Shown here in pieces: positions 29,132 through 38,539 of a stretch of 64,000 nt of DNA (positions within the stretch are counted from its first letter, which is position 1; every line of letters begins with the position of its first letter). The stretch spans positions 96,001 to 160,000 of the forward strand of contig CAXXWC010000021.1 of NCBI GenBank assembly GCA_963668645.2, read 5' to 3'. Both the position numbers and the translations under genes were made by a program. The notes under the pieces are model-generated. The model had not been told where the DNA came from. It saw only the letters and a program-made list of their open reading frames with translations, and made no database searches. Source of the DNA: Desulfobacterales bacterium. GTDB lineage: Bacteria; Desulfobacterota; Desulfobacteria; Desulfobacterales; UBA2174.

Positions 29132-29899
29132 TTATTTATTCTCACTGAACCACTTCTTTACCAGTTCGGTCCAATAGGGGGAGGCCTTCAGGCGGGCGAT
29201 GCCTTCGTTAAGGGTTTTCTTGAAGGCTTCATCCTCCTTGCGCACCGCATAGCCGTAATCGACGTCCGGCTGGCCATAGCGGCCGATGCTCTTGACCGGC
29301 GCGCCCCGATCCACGGCTTCCTGAAGCGCCGTGTTGGAAACAGCGGCCGCATCGGCACGCCCATTGGCGACATCTTCGATAGCCAGCGGCGTGGTGTCAT
29401 AAAATTTCAGCTCGTAGCTGTAGCCTTTTTTGAGCTGGTTTTCGGTCATCCACTTGGACTCGGCACTGCCCCTCAGCAGGCCGATCTTGCGTCCGGGCGC
29501 AAGAGCCTTTTCCACCGTCAGGTCCGAATCCTTGCGCACCACCAGCAGCTGGACCACCTGCCAATAGGGGTCGCAGAAATCCACCGCCGCCTGTCGTTCG
29601 GGCGTGATGCTCATCCCCGAAGCGATCAGATCGATTTTTTTGGCCTTGAGTGAGGGCACGATGGCCGCCCAGTCGGTGGGTTGGTGCTTGACCTTGAATC
29701 CCATTTCCTTGGCGATCCAGTTGATCGAGTCGATGTCGAAGCCCTTGGGTTGGCCGTCCTTGTCGATGAAGGTAAAGGGCGGATAAGCGGCATCGAAACC
29801 GTTGACGTAGACCTTGTCCTGAGCATATCCGCTGGTCAGTACGGCGAAAATGCAAACCACAAGCACCGTGGCGGCAACTGTCAACCTCAATTTTTTCAT
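29132..29899 (-). CDS. Amino acid ABC transporter substrate-binding protein (family 3)
   Basis: Signal peptide, YPPF, GFDID, GMSITPER, VDFCDPY. Confidence 0.93.
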   Translation of the reverse strand: MKKLRLTVAATVLVVCIFAVLTSGYAQDKVYVNGFDAAYPPFTFIDKDGQPKGFDIDSINWIAKEMGFKVKHQPTDWAAIVPSLKAKKIDLIASGMSITPERQAAVDFCDPYWQVVQLLVVRKDSDLTVEKALAPGRKIGLLRGSAESKWMTENQLKKGYSYELKFYDTTPLAIEDVANGRADAAAVSNTALQEAVDRGAPVKSIGRYGQPDVDYGYAVRKEDEAFKKTLNEGIARLKASPYWTELVKKWFSENK

Positions 29900-30276
29900 G
29901 GGGGATTCCTTTCGTTATAAGCTCTTTTGGATTGCGGATCTGTCCCTTTTTTTAAAGGCCATGAAACGGATTTATCCTTATTCCAGACATGCGCGCCAAG
30001 TCAAGCAATTGGGCCTAGCGCCGTTAAATCTCGCTCAAAGCAGACGGCTGGGCCGGATACTTTGATCTGCACCGATCCGAATTCTTCGGCGGACAGACAA
30101 ATGGATCTGTGTTATAGATCCACCCGGCATTTGTCCTCGAATGGCCGCTTTCGGCCCACAGCGCCGTTTCGGGGATTTTATCTTTCAGATGCGCCGCTTC
30201 GCCAAGAGGCTTTGGACCCCAGGAAAGCGCTACAGCTAACGGAAAACAATCCCCCTATACATTTTGGATAAACACT

Positions 30277-31674
30277 ATGGAATGCACCTCCTATACCCCC
30301 ATCACCGCCGAGTTGCGCCAGCGCATCAACCTGGCTTTAGGCGCAAACTGCGAGGTTACCGACCCGCAGGCCCTGGCGAACTATGACCGCGATGCTTCGG
30401 AACTGCGCCACCCCCCGGAGATGGTCGTGCTGGTCCACAACCGCGATCAGGTGCAGGAACTGCTGCGGCTGGCCAACCGATTCCATTTTGCGGTCACTCC
30501 CCGCAGCGCCGGGACGGGGCTTGCCGGAGGCTGCCTGTCGACGTGCGGCGGCGTGGTCCTGGACCTGAGCCATATGAACCGGATCCTTGCCATCGACACC
30601 CGCAGCCTGATCGCCGAAGTCCAGCCGGGGGTGATTACCCAGCAGCTGCGGGATGCCGTCCGCCAGGCCGGCTTGTTCTACCCTCCGGATCCCGCCAGCC
30701 TGGATGAAAGCACCCTGGGCGGCAACGCGGCCACCAATGCCGGCGGCCCGGCCTGTGTCAAATACGGCACCACCAAAGATTACGTCCTCGGTCTCGAGGT
30801 CGTGCTGCCAAACGGGCAATTGCTCCGCACAGGGGTCAAAACCCGTAAAGGCGTGGTCGGCTACGACCTGACGCACCTGATCGTCGGGTCCGAAGGCACG
30901 CTGGGGGTCATCACGGCCCTGACCCTCAAACTGATCCCCCACCCGCCGGCGGTCACCGGTATGGTGGCTGTTTTTAACGATCTGGAAACGGCCATGCAAG
31001 CGGTGGCGAAGGTCATGACCTGCGGCTATCTGCCATCGGCCATCGAATTTCTCGATCACAAGTGCCTTGCCCTGGTCGGAGACCGGCTGCCTTTTGAAGT
31101 ACCTGCCCGCACGGGGGCCCTGCTGATCATCGAAACCGACGGTGTGGCGGACGCCATCGCCGGCGAAATCGACGGCATCGGGCGAATCTGCCGGCAAGCC
31201 GGGGCCGTGCACCTTCAGCCGGCCGCTTCGCCCGAAGAACGTGAACAGATCTGGGAGGCCCGGCGCCAGGTATCTTTGCGCATTCATGACCAAGCTGCCC
31301 TTTATGTCTCCGAGGACGTGGCCGTTCCCCTGGGCCGCATCGCCGATCTGGTTGCCAGCCTGCCGGACTACGAACAGAAATATCATCTGGAAATCTTCGC
31401 CTTCGGCCATGCCGGCGACGGCAATATCCACCTGAACATCACGGCCGCGGACCGGGACCACCCGGATCGCGTGGAAGCCGGCATCCGCGCCCTGCTGCAG
31501 CTTGTGCTGCAAATGGGCGGCACCATTTCCGGCGAACACGGCATCGGGGCCGCCAAGCGGCAATATCTGCCGATGGAGCTGTCCGCCGAGAGCATCCGCC
31601 TGCAACAGGGTATCAAGGCCCTCTTTGATCCCAACCAGGTGCTCAATCCGGGAAAACTCTTTCTGAACAACTGA
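30277..31674 (+). CDS. FAD-linked oxidoreductase, GlcD/D-2-hydroxyacid dehydrogenase-like
   Basis: YPPDPAS, TLGGN, NAGG, KYG, GSEGTLG, GHAGDGNIH, SGEHGIG, DPNQVLNPGK. Confidence 0.92.
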   Translation: MECTSYTPITAELRQRINLALGANCEVTDPQALANYDRDASELRHPPEMVVLVHNRDQVQELLRLANRFHFAVTPRSAGTGLAGGCLSTCGGVVLDLSHMNRILAIDTRSLIAEVQPGVITQQLRDAVRQAGLFYPPDPASLDESTLGGNAATNAGGPACVKYGTTKDYVLGLEVVLPNGQLLRTGVKTRKGVVGYDLTHLIVGSEGTLGVITALTLKLIPHPPAVTGMVAVFNDLETAMQAVAKVMTCGYLPSAIEFLDHKCLALVGDRLPFEVPARTGALLIIETDGVADAIAGEIDGIGRICRQAGAVHLQPAASPEEREQIWEARRQVSLRIHDQAALYVSEDVAVPLGRIADLVASLPDYEQKYHLEIFAFGHAGDGNIHLNITAADRDHPDRVEAGIRALLQLVLQMGGTISGEHGIGAAKRQYLPMELSAESIRLQQGIKALFDPNQVLNPGKLFLNN

Positions 31675-31703
31675 ACGCAAACCTTTCGTCAGGAAACCGA
31701 GAC

Positions 31704-32894
31704 ATGACCGATTCAGATTCCGCAATCTCCCGCTTCAGCCGCCGTGTGGCGCAGATTTCCATGTCCGCCACCAAACATATGGCCATTCTGGCCAGCCGGG
31801 TCCCCGGCAGTGTCTCCCTGGGGCAAGGGGTGCCCTCCTTCCCGACGCCGCCCCATATCCTGGAAGCCGTGGCAGCGGCGCTTCAAGAAAATCCGGCCAT
31901 CGGCCGTTATACCTTGCAAAGCGGCATGCCACAGCTGCGCAGCGCCATTGCCGAAATGTGCACGGACGCGAGGGGTGCCGCATTGGATCCAGAGACCGAG
32001 GTGGGCATCACAGTGGGCGCCATGGAAGGACTGCTGGCGGCGATCCTGACGGTGGTAGAGCGCGGCGATGAGGTCATCCTGCCGTCTCCGACCTATGCCT
32101 CGCATATCGAGCAGGTGCTCCTGGCCGAGGGGGTTCCCGTCTTCGTGCCGCTGCGCGCAGAGGACTGGGGGCTTGACCTGGACGCCATCGAGAAAGCAAT
32201 CAGCGGCCGTACCCGTGCCGTGATTCTCTGCAACCCCGGCAATCCCACCGGAACGGTGTTCACCGATGCCGAGATCGATGCCCTTTGCAGCCTGGCCCAG
32301 GCCCATGGACTCTGGATCATCTCCGATGAAACCTACGACTTTCTGACCTATGACCAGCCGCGGCCCAAAAGTCCGGCCAGCTGCGAGGCAGTCAGGCCGC
32401 AGGTGATCACGGTGGGCTCGTTTTCCAAAAAATACGCCCTGACCGGCTGGCGGGTGGGCTGGGTAACCGCTGCCGAACCGGTCATGGCACAGATCATGAA
32501 AGTGCACGATGCCACCGCCATCTGCGCCCCTACCCCCTCCCAGGTGGCGGCCCTGGCCGCTCTCACCGGCCCCCAGGACTGCGTCAATGACATGCGCCGC
32601 ACTCTATCCGAACGCCGGGACCAGTGCTGCCGGCGGCTGGACGCGCTGGCCGGCCAGTTTGACTATGTACGCCCCCGCGGGGCTTTTTACATCATGGCCC
32701 GGTATCTTTTCAGCCAGAAGCCTTCCCAACAGGTTGCCGAACAGATGCTTAACGAGGCCGGGGTGATCACCATTCCGGGAGGTTCCTTCGGACCCAACGG
32801 CGAAGGGCATCTGCGGCTCTCCTTCGGCGGCACCGAAGCTGAAATCGACACGGCCTTTGACCGGATCGAGCAGTGGATTGGCAAGAGGCGATAG
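31704..32894 (+). CDS. PLP-dependent aminotransferase class I/II
   Basis: NPGNPTG, SDETY, SFSKKYALTGWRVG, LRLSF. Confidence 0.93.
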   Translation: MTDSDSAISRFSRRVAQISMSATKHMAILASRVPGSVSLGQGVPSFPTPPHILEAVAAALQENPAIGRYTLQSGMPQLRSAIAEMCTDARGAALDPETEVGITVGAMEGLLAAILTVVERGDEVILPSPTYASHIEQVLLAEGVPVFVPLRAEDWGLDLDAIEKAISGRTRAVILCNPGNPTGTVFTDAEIDALCSLAQAHGLWIISDETYDFLTYDQPRPKSPASCEAVRPQVITVGSFSKKYALTGWRVGWVTAAEPVMAQIMKVHDATAICAPTPSQVAALAALTGPQDCVNDMRRTLSERRDQCCRRLDALAGQFDYVRPRGAFYIMARYLFSQKPSQQVAEQMLNEAGVITIPGGSFGPNGEGHLRLSFGGTEAEIDTAFDRIEQWIGKRR

Positions 32895-33061
32895 CCGGAT
32901 GGCCTGAACCATGATAACCGTTGTTTTTCTCCTTTTGTCTGAATAGTTGTTGTAGCAATCGTACGGCCTTGAAAAGGGTCGAAACCTTGCCAAAGCGCTA
33001 CGCTTAGACTCGACTTCCGTCTTTCCACTGCGAAAAATCCCTCCGAAAACAAAACAGAGAA

Positions 33062-33102
33062 ACCGCAAAATAGTATTGGTTTTGCGCAATAATTTACGAG
33101 CA
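33062..33102 (+). promoter_or_regulatory. Candidate AraC-type operator upstream of flp/tad operon
   Basis: ACCGCAA-N16-CGCAA-N8-GAGCA; same motif and spacing at 49637-49677 on the minus strand. Confidence 0.6.
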
Positions 33103-33344
33103 TATTATTCCTTATTCAGCGTATTTATGCTCTTCACGCGATTTCAGGGGGGATTTTTCAGGGAAAGGCCCTGCGTGGGGCAAAGTGATACAGCGGTATC
33201 ATCTTGATCTGGGTACGTTTGAGCAAAAGACGGCAGCGTTCGATGACCATTAGCCCTCTTTGGGATTTCTGATTTTCAGGCCGGCACCCGGTGACACCAG
33301 CACGCTCACCCTTTCATCAATTTAAATCATGGGACGATGGAAAG

Positions 33345-33545
33345 ATGAAATTCATTAAAAAACTCTGGCAGGATGAATCCGGTGTCACCGCTGTGGAGTA
33401 TGGTCTGATTGCAGGGGTCATGGCCGCGCTTCTCGTGTCTGTCTTGGGGTTGTTCGGCGATGAGTTAAAGGAGTTGTTTAATGCCATTGCCGACCAAATC
33501 GACCAGGCCACGGAGACGATTCAGAATGAAGATACGCAAAAATGA
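33345..33545 (+). CDS. flp: Flp family type IVb pilin
   Basis: DESG/VTAVEYGLI prepilin cleavage and Flp motif, 66 aa. Confidence 0.95.
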   Translation: MKFIKKLWQDESGVTAVEYGLIAGVMAALLVSVLGLFGDELKELFNAIADQIDQATETIQNEDTQK

Positions 33546-33572
33546 GACTCATTCATTGAAAAAGAAATCGCC

Positions 33573-34082
33573 ATGACCGGAATGGTGTGTTCGCTATTGA
33601 TGGCCGCCGCTGTGGCGTTTGATGTTCATTTCAGGAAAATTCCCAACCAGCTGACGGTGTCCGTAGCGGCCACGGGGCTTTTGTATCACCTTGTTTTAGA
33701 AGCAGGCGTAAGGGGACTATGGTTTTCGGTGACCGGCCTCCTGGTAGGGGGGCTGCTGTTGGTCATTCCTTTTGCCCTGGGCATGAGCGGCGGTGGAGAC
33801 GTTAAACTCCTCGGCGCGGCAGGCGCTTGGATGGGGCCGTCGGCGATTTTTTCGGTTTTTCTGTACGGGTCCATCGCCGGAGGCGTTTTTTCTATTGTGG
33901 AAATAATCCGATACATGGGGTTCGGGGAAAACAGAGCCATTGGGCGAAGGTTCATGCGAGAACTGACGCTCCGGCGTTTTCATGGGACAGGCCCGGCAGG
34001 TCTTTCCATCCCTTACAGCATCCCCATTGCAGTCGGATTGCTGACATATTTACTGATCGGGGATATCCGGGAATGGATGTGA
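33573..34082 (+). CDS. tadV: Prepilin peptidase TadV/CpaA (A24)
   Basis: FDV..RKIPN, GGGDVKL, IPYSIPI. Confidence 0.9.
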   Translation: MTGMVCSLLMAAAVAFDVHFRKIPNQLTVSVAATGLLYHLVLEAGVRGLWFSVTGLLVGGLLLVIPFALGMSGGGDVKLLGAAGAWMGPSAIFSVFLYGSIAGGVFSIVEIIRYMGFGENRAIGRRFMRELTLRRFHGTGPAGLSIPYSIPIAVGLLTYLLIGDIREWM

Positions 34083-34522
34083 GAAGCGGAAGAGCGGCGC
34101 ATCGTTTCATTCTGAACAGCCAGGGAAGCGCCGGGCTTGAGTTTGCCATGGTTCTGCCGGTGTTTCTGCTAATCTTTTTTGCCGTCATCGAATACGGGTG
34201 GTGTTTTTTTAACTGGACCCTCCTGCATAATGCCGTTTCCGAAGGAGCCCGGGCCGCAACCCGTGCCAGGGATTGGGAAACGGAGGACGCTTTTGCAGAG
34301 GACCCTGTGGTTATGGCCAAAGAAGCCGTTATCGAGGCCTTTTGGCTTGGATCCATGTCAGAAACATTTGTAGACGCCGTCGTTCTTCAAGCGGATGGAA
34401 ATTCTCCCAAACGGATTCAGGTGGAGGTTTTGGATTTTCCGTATAAACCGATTACGGGCTATTTGCCGGCATCGATGATTCCTGTAGAACTGGGCGCACG
34501 GGCGGTCATGGCGTTTCCCTAA
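34073..34522 (+). CDS. tadE: TadE-like pseudopilin
   Basis: QG/SAGLEFAMVLP, IEYG, EGARAA; start ATG 34073 or GTG 34079. Confidence 0.88.
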   Translation: MDVRSGRAAHRFILNSQGSAGLEFAMVLPVFLLIFFAVIEYGWCFFNWTLLHNAVSEGARAATRARDWETEDAFAEDPVVMAKEAVIEAFWLGSMSETFVDAVVLQADGNSPKRIQVEVLDFPYKPITGYLPASMIPVELGARAVMAFP

Positions 34523-34554
34523 CCGGTGCATTTTAAAATATCCGGAGTTTTGCA

Positions 34555-35778
34555 ATGGTTAGAAAATTACGGGGAGTCGTGGCGCTCTGCCTTTCCTTAT
34601 GCCTTGCGTTTCTGGCCTCATATGCCGTCTATCGGGGATTCGAAAAGAAAAATATCCCTGAACCGAAAAGTGCTGTCCCTGTTTTGCCGGAGAAGCAGAA
34701 AGACGTGTCGCCGTCTGTCAAACTGCAGCTGCCGCCGGGCATGCGGGCCTTTACCCTTCTGATAGACAAATTGGAGGGGGCACCGTTGGAGCTTGCCCAG
34801 GGGGACCATGTGGATGTTGTCGCCGTGCATCCCATGGATTTCCCCAATTTTTTCAGTAGCCACTCAAGGATGGCCAGAATACTGCTTCAGGATATAGAGG
34901 TCCTGTCGGCGCAAATGGAAAACATACCGAGCAAGACCCGGCCGGTGATCCTATTGGCAAGTCCCGATCAATGCGCCCTCCTTTCGGCAACCCTCGAAGT
35001 TGCCCAGATCCGCCTGCTGGTGCGAAATCCCGGAGACCACGAAGTCATCGACACGCCGGCAGCGGGGTTTTCAATGGATAAAGGCAAATTTGTCATGTAT
35101 GAGCCGCCCGATTTTTCCGTTGACAAACTGCTGACGCCGGGCATGCGTGCGGTCCGCATAAGAACGGATTGGCGGGACGGCGTCATGTCACGGTTCAAGC
35201 CGGGGGACCGGGTGGACATTGTTGTTTCATGCCCTTACGGTAAAGCAGGAAGATTACAATATAAGGAAACCAAAGAGGCTGCCAGAAATGCCGATAAAAA
35301 AGAACTCCAAGACTCTGACAGCGGGGGCACTCTGTATCTTCGGCAAACCTATTTGAATTCCAAGATCTGGCGGCAGAATGTGAAGGTCATTGCGGTCAGT
35401 GACCAGTTTCATAAATCGGACCGGAACAATCCCGGCGACGAAACCGCCACGGCCATCGACGACAATACGGTACCTGAAGACGACGGAAAACAAGGCGATC
35501 AAAGGGAAGATGATCAAGCGGCAAAACAGTTCGACGGCGCCATTGTCGTGGAGATGAAGCCCCGGGACGCGGAACTGCTCATGGCGCTTTACATGGTGCC
35601 GTCCAAAGGAAACCTGATCTGGGTCATGCTCAGGCATCCTGAAGATCATGAAATTGTCGCCACCGACGGCGTGCGGATCGAAAACATCGTTGACAGACAA
35701 AAACTGGACCGTGAAGTGGATCTCCTTCGGGGAATGGCCCGAAAATCCCAACTATATTATACGAAGGACGGAAATTAA
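34555..35778 (+). CDS. cpaB: CpaB/RcpC family pilus assembly protein with two tandem RcpC modules
   Basis: N-terminal TM; PPGMRA...GDHVDV...LQDIEVL repeated as TPGMRA...GDRVDI...QNVKVIA. Confidence 0.8.
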   Translation: MVRKLRGVVALCLSLCLAFLASYAVYRGFEKKNIPEPKSAVPVLPEKQKDVSPSVKLQLPPGMRAFTLLIDKLEGAPLELAQGDHVDVVAVHPMDFPNFFSSHSRMARILLQDIEVLSAQMENIPSKTRPVILLASPDQCALLSATLEVAQIRLLVRNPGDHEVIDTPAAGFSMDKGKFVMYEPPDFSVDKLLTPGMRAVRIRTDWRDGVMSRFKPGDRVDIVVSCPYGKAGRLQYKETKEAARNADKKELQDSDSGGTLYLRQTYLNSKIWRQNVKVIAVSDQFHKSDRNNPGDETATAIDDNTVPEDDGKQGDQREDDQAAKQFDGAIVVEMKPRDAELLMALYMVPSKGNLIWVMLRHPEDHEIVATDGVRIENIVDRQKLDREVDLLRGMARKSQLYYTKDGN

Positions 35779-35807
35779 CCTGGAATTGACTCGACGTAAG
35801 CACCCCC

Positions 35808-36959
35808 ATGTTTAGAGGCCTTGGAAAAATTGGGATTATTGCGGGACTGGCGATGGCTTTGACGGCATCCGTTGTCCTTTACACGGTTCTGGAAGGGCGT
35901 CGGAAAACGCCTGCACCGCCGGCTGAGGTTGCCATGGCACCCACGCCGCCCGTTCCGGAAAAAAATGTGAAGTTTTCAGAAACCATCCCACCGGGCATGC
36001 GGGCCGTGGGACTGTCGGTGGACGAGATCACCGGCGTTACCCGGGATCTGACAAGGGGCGACGTCGTGGATCTTCTTTGCAGCACGTGTACGGATGGTAT
36101 TCTCACCGGCAATACGACTCGATCGATACATCATTCCGGGTTCACCCGGTTGATCGCCGGGAGAGTTACGCTCCTGTCCGTGTCTCCCGGCACAACGGGC
36201 CGGAAGGGAAAATGGCCGGTAACCCTGCTGATGACCCGGGAGCAAGCCTGCATGGTTAAGGCTGCGGGCCATGATCCCATCACCCTCCGGCTCACTTTAT
36301 CCGGACCGGCGGGGCCGGATGAACCGAATGCGGAAATTCAGCGTATTTCCGCATTTACCCCTTTGGACGGCCCGTCGTATCTATACAAATGGGATGACTC
36401 CGATCTGCGCAAACGTATCCGGCCGGGCATGCGGGCTCTCGGGGTGGTGTGCACCGACATCAGCTTTTTCAACAATCTGTCCGCCGGTGAGCGGATCGAT
36501 ATTTATTACCGGTCTAATGTAACCTACGTAAGAAATGCCGAAAAGAATGATCCGGGAAAAGAGTTGGAGATTACCCGGCCGGACGAGAAACAACTCACCC
36601 TGGTCCTGCAGAATGTGGAGATTATCGCAACCACGGAAAACTCCAGGTGGCATTCCTCCGCCAATAAAGAGATAACGGGAACCGGGCTTATCGTCGTCCA
36701 GGTCACTCCGGAAGATGCGGAAAAGCTAATTTTCATGACGGCCTTCGTTCCGCCCTCATACCCGCCGCCGATTTTCATGGTCCGCCGCAACACTGCGGAC
36801 AAAAAGGAACTTCCCATCAGCAAGACCCATGCCATGGAGGCCATGAGCCAGCGCGTCGAGGTCCGGCGCGTCAATACCCTGCGGGGAATGAATACCAACG
36901 TTCACCAGTTTTACGAACCGCAAAAATCAATCGCCAACAAGGGATTAAGAGGCGACTGA
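35808..36959 (+). CDS. cpaB: Second CpaB/RcpC family protein with two tandem RcpC modules
   Basis: N-terminal TM; PPGMRA...GDVVDL and RPGMRA...GERIDI...LQNVEIIA. Confidence 0.78.
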   Translation: MFRGLGKIGIIAGLAMALTASVVLYTVLEGRRKTPAPPAEVAMAPTPPVPEKNVKFSETIPPGMRAVGLSVDEITGVTRDLTRGDVVDLLCSTCTDGILTGNTTRSIHHSGFTRLIAGRVTLLSVSPGTTGRKGKWPVTLLMTREQACMVKAAGHDPITLRLTLSGPAGPDEPNAEIQRISAFTPLDGPSYLYKWDDSDLRKRIRPGMRALGVVCTDISFFNNLSAGERIDIYYRSNVTYVRNAEKNDPGKELEITRPDEKQLTLVLQNVEIIATTENSRWHSSANKEITGTGLIVVQVTPEDAEKLIFMTAFVPPSYPPPIFMVRRNTADKKELPISKTHAMEAMSQRVEVRRVNTLRGMNTNVHQFYEPQKSIANKGLRGD

Positions 36960-36965
36960 AAAACC

Positions 36966-38537
36966 ATGCAGAGAAAAATCAAACTATTTTCAATCCATTT
37001 GCCGGCGAGTCTGCTTATTTTATTATCAACGGTCTTTCTATGCGCAGGGGCCGTTGGGGCATCCGAGATGTCAGATGTTCATTCATTGCAGCAAATTGAC
37101 GTTGAGCTGAACAAATCCGTCATCAAGCGCACCGTGATCCCTGTTCAACGGGTCTCCGTTGCCAACCCGTCGATTGTCGATTATCATCTCATTACCCCGC
37201 AACAGATTCTTCTGGTTCCCAAAAACCAGACCGGCGTCACCAACCTGATCGTCTGGTACGACGAAAACTGGACAGAAATCTTTGATGTCCGGGTCTTCGA
37301 TCCTGAACAATCAGAAGAGGCCATCCGCAGTATGCTGAAAAAAATAGCCCCGGATACCGGCATCGAGTTCAACTGCATCGGTCCCGACCATAAACGGCAG
37401 ATTATTCTGTACGGCGATGTCGACAGCCAGAAGGTCCTGGACCGGGTGCTCACCCTGATGCAAATGTATGTTTCCAGCCCGAACCAAATCGTCAATCTGA
37501 CTACCCTGAAGGGGCTCCAGCAGGTTCAGATCGAGATTAAAATTGCAGAAATATCCCGTTCCGGCATCAAGCAGATGGGGATGGGCTTCCTGTTGAATAA
37601 AGACTGGAGTATCGGACTGTTTTCAAGCGGCAGTTTCAGCGCTTCGGCAGAAACCAGCCGGAGCATTGAGCGCGGCGGCGATCCGGGATTCAAAACCACG
37701 GGGATCTACAATGAGAGCACCGGAGAATACAGCTATCTCACTGTACCCACCGACGGCAGCGAGAACATAGCCAGCCAGGGCATTTCTTCGTCCATATCCA
37801 TCGAGTCCCCTTTTTCTTCGGCCTTTCAGCTGGCGCTTCACGCGGTGCAGGGAGACGTGGTCTCGACCCTCAGCATTTTGAAGGGCCAGAACCTGGCCCG
37901 AATTTTAGCCAAGCCCACCCTGGTGGCCATGAGCGGCCAGGAAGCCGAATTTCTTGTCGGCGGCGAGTTCCCCATACCGGTTTCAGGCGAACGTGGAAGC
38001 ACCAATATCGAATTCCGTCAATACGGCGTCATGGTCCGGTTTCAGCCCATGGTACTGGGGAACGAGGAAATTCTCCTGCATGTGGAACCCGAGGTCAGCA
38101 GTCCGGACTACGGTCTTGCCGTTTTTTCCGGCGGCGTTTCGGTCCCCGGACTCAAAACCCGGCGGGGCAGCACGACCCTGCACCTGAAAGACGGGCAGAG
38201 TTTCGCCATGGCTGGACTTTTAAAGGAAGACGTCTATACCGCCGTAGCAAAAATTCCCTTCATCGGCGACATTCCTTACCTGGGAACGTTGTTCACCAGC
38301 AAGCAGTATGAAAAGGATGAAAGCGAGTTGGTCATCATCGTCACGCCGCGCATCGTCCGGGCCTTGAATCCGGAAGAGGTTGGTCCCCTTCCGGGCGAGG
38401 GGATGGGGGATGATTCGGACGATTTCGATTTTTTTATCCGGAACCGGTTTAAGAAGAGCCCCCCTGCAACACCCCCGGAAATAACCGGAGAGGAAACCGG
38501 GCCGACGTTTATCGGGGGAATGGGGTATTCGAGGTAA
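36966..38537 (+). CDS. cpaC: Tad secretin RcpA/CpaC
   Basis: VSVANP, QVQIEIKIAEI, LAKPTLVAMSGQEAEFLVGGEFPIP, KIPFIGDIPYLGTLF, ELVIIVTP. Confidence 0.93.
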   Translation: MQRKIKLFSIHLPASLLILLSTVFLCAGAVGASEMSDVHSLQQIDVELNKSVIKRTVIPVQRVSVANPSIVDYHLITPQQILLVPKNQTGVTNLIVWYDENWTEIFDVRVFDPEQSEEAIRSMLKKIAPDTGIEFNCIGPDHKRQIILYGDVDSQKVLDRVLTLMQMYVSSPNQIVNLTTLKGLQQVQIEIKIAEISRSGIKQMGMGFLLNKDWSIGLFSSGSFSASAETSRSIERGGDPGFKTTGIYNESTGEYSYLTVPTDGSENIASQGISSSISIESPFSSAFQLALHAVQGDVVSTLSILKGQNLARILAKPTLVAMSGQEAEFLVGGEFPIPVSGERGSTNIEFRQYGVMVRFQPMVLGNEEILLHVEPEVSSPDYGLAVFSGGVSVPGLKTRRGSTTLHLKDGQSFAMAGLLKEDVYTAVAKIPFIGDIPYLGTLFTSKQYEKDESELVIIVTPRIVRALNPEEVGPLPGEGMGDDSDDFDFFIRNRFKKSPPATPPEITGEETGPTFIGGMGYSR

Positions 38538-38539
38538 GA

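Noticed and set aside
32900..33340. Possible c-di-GMP/cGAMP riboswitch in the long flp leader
   Set aside because: GGGAAAGGCCCTG and GCAAAG fragments occur, but the conserved GEMM two-stem architecture could not be built
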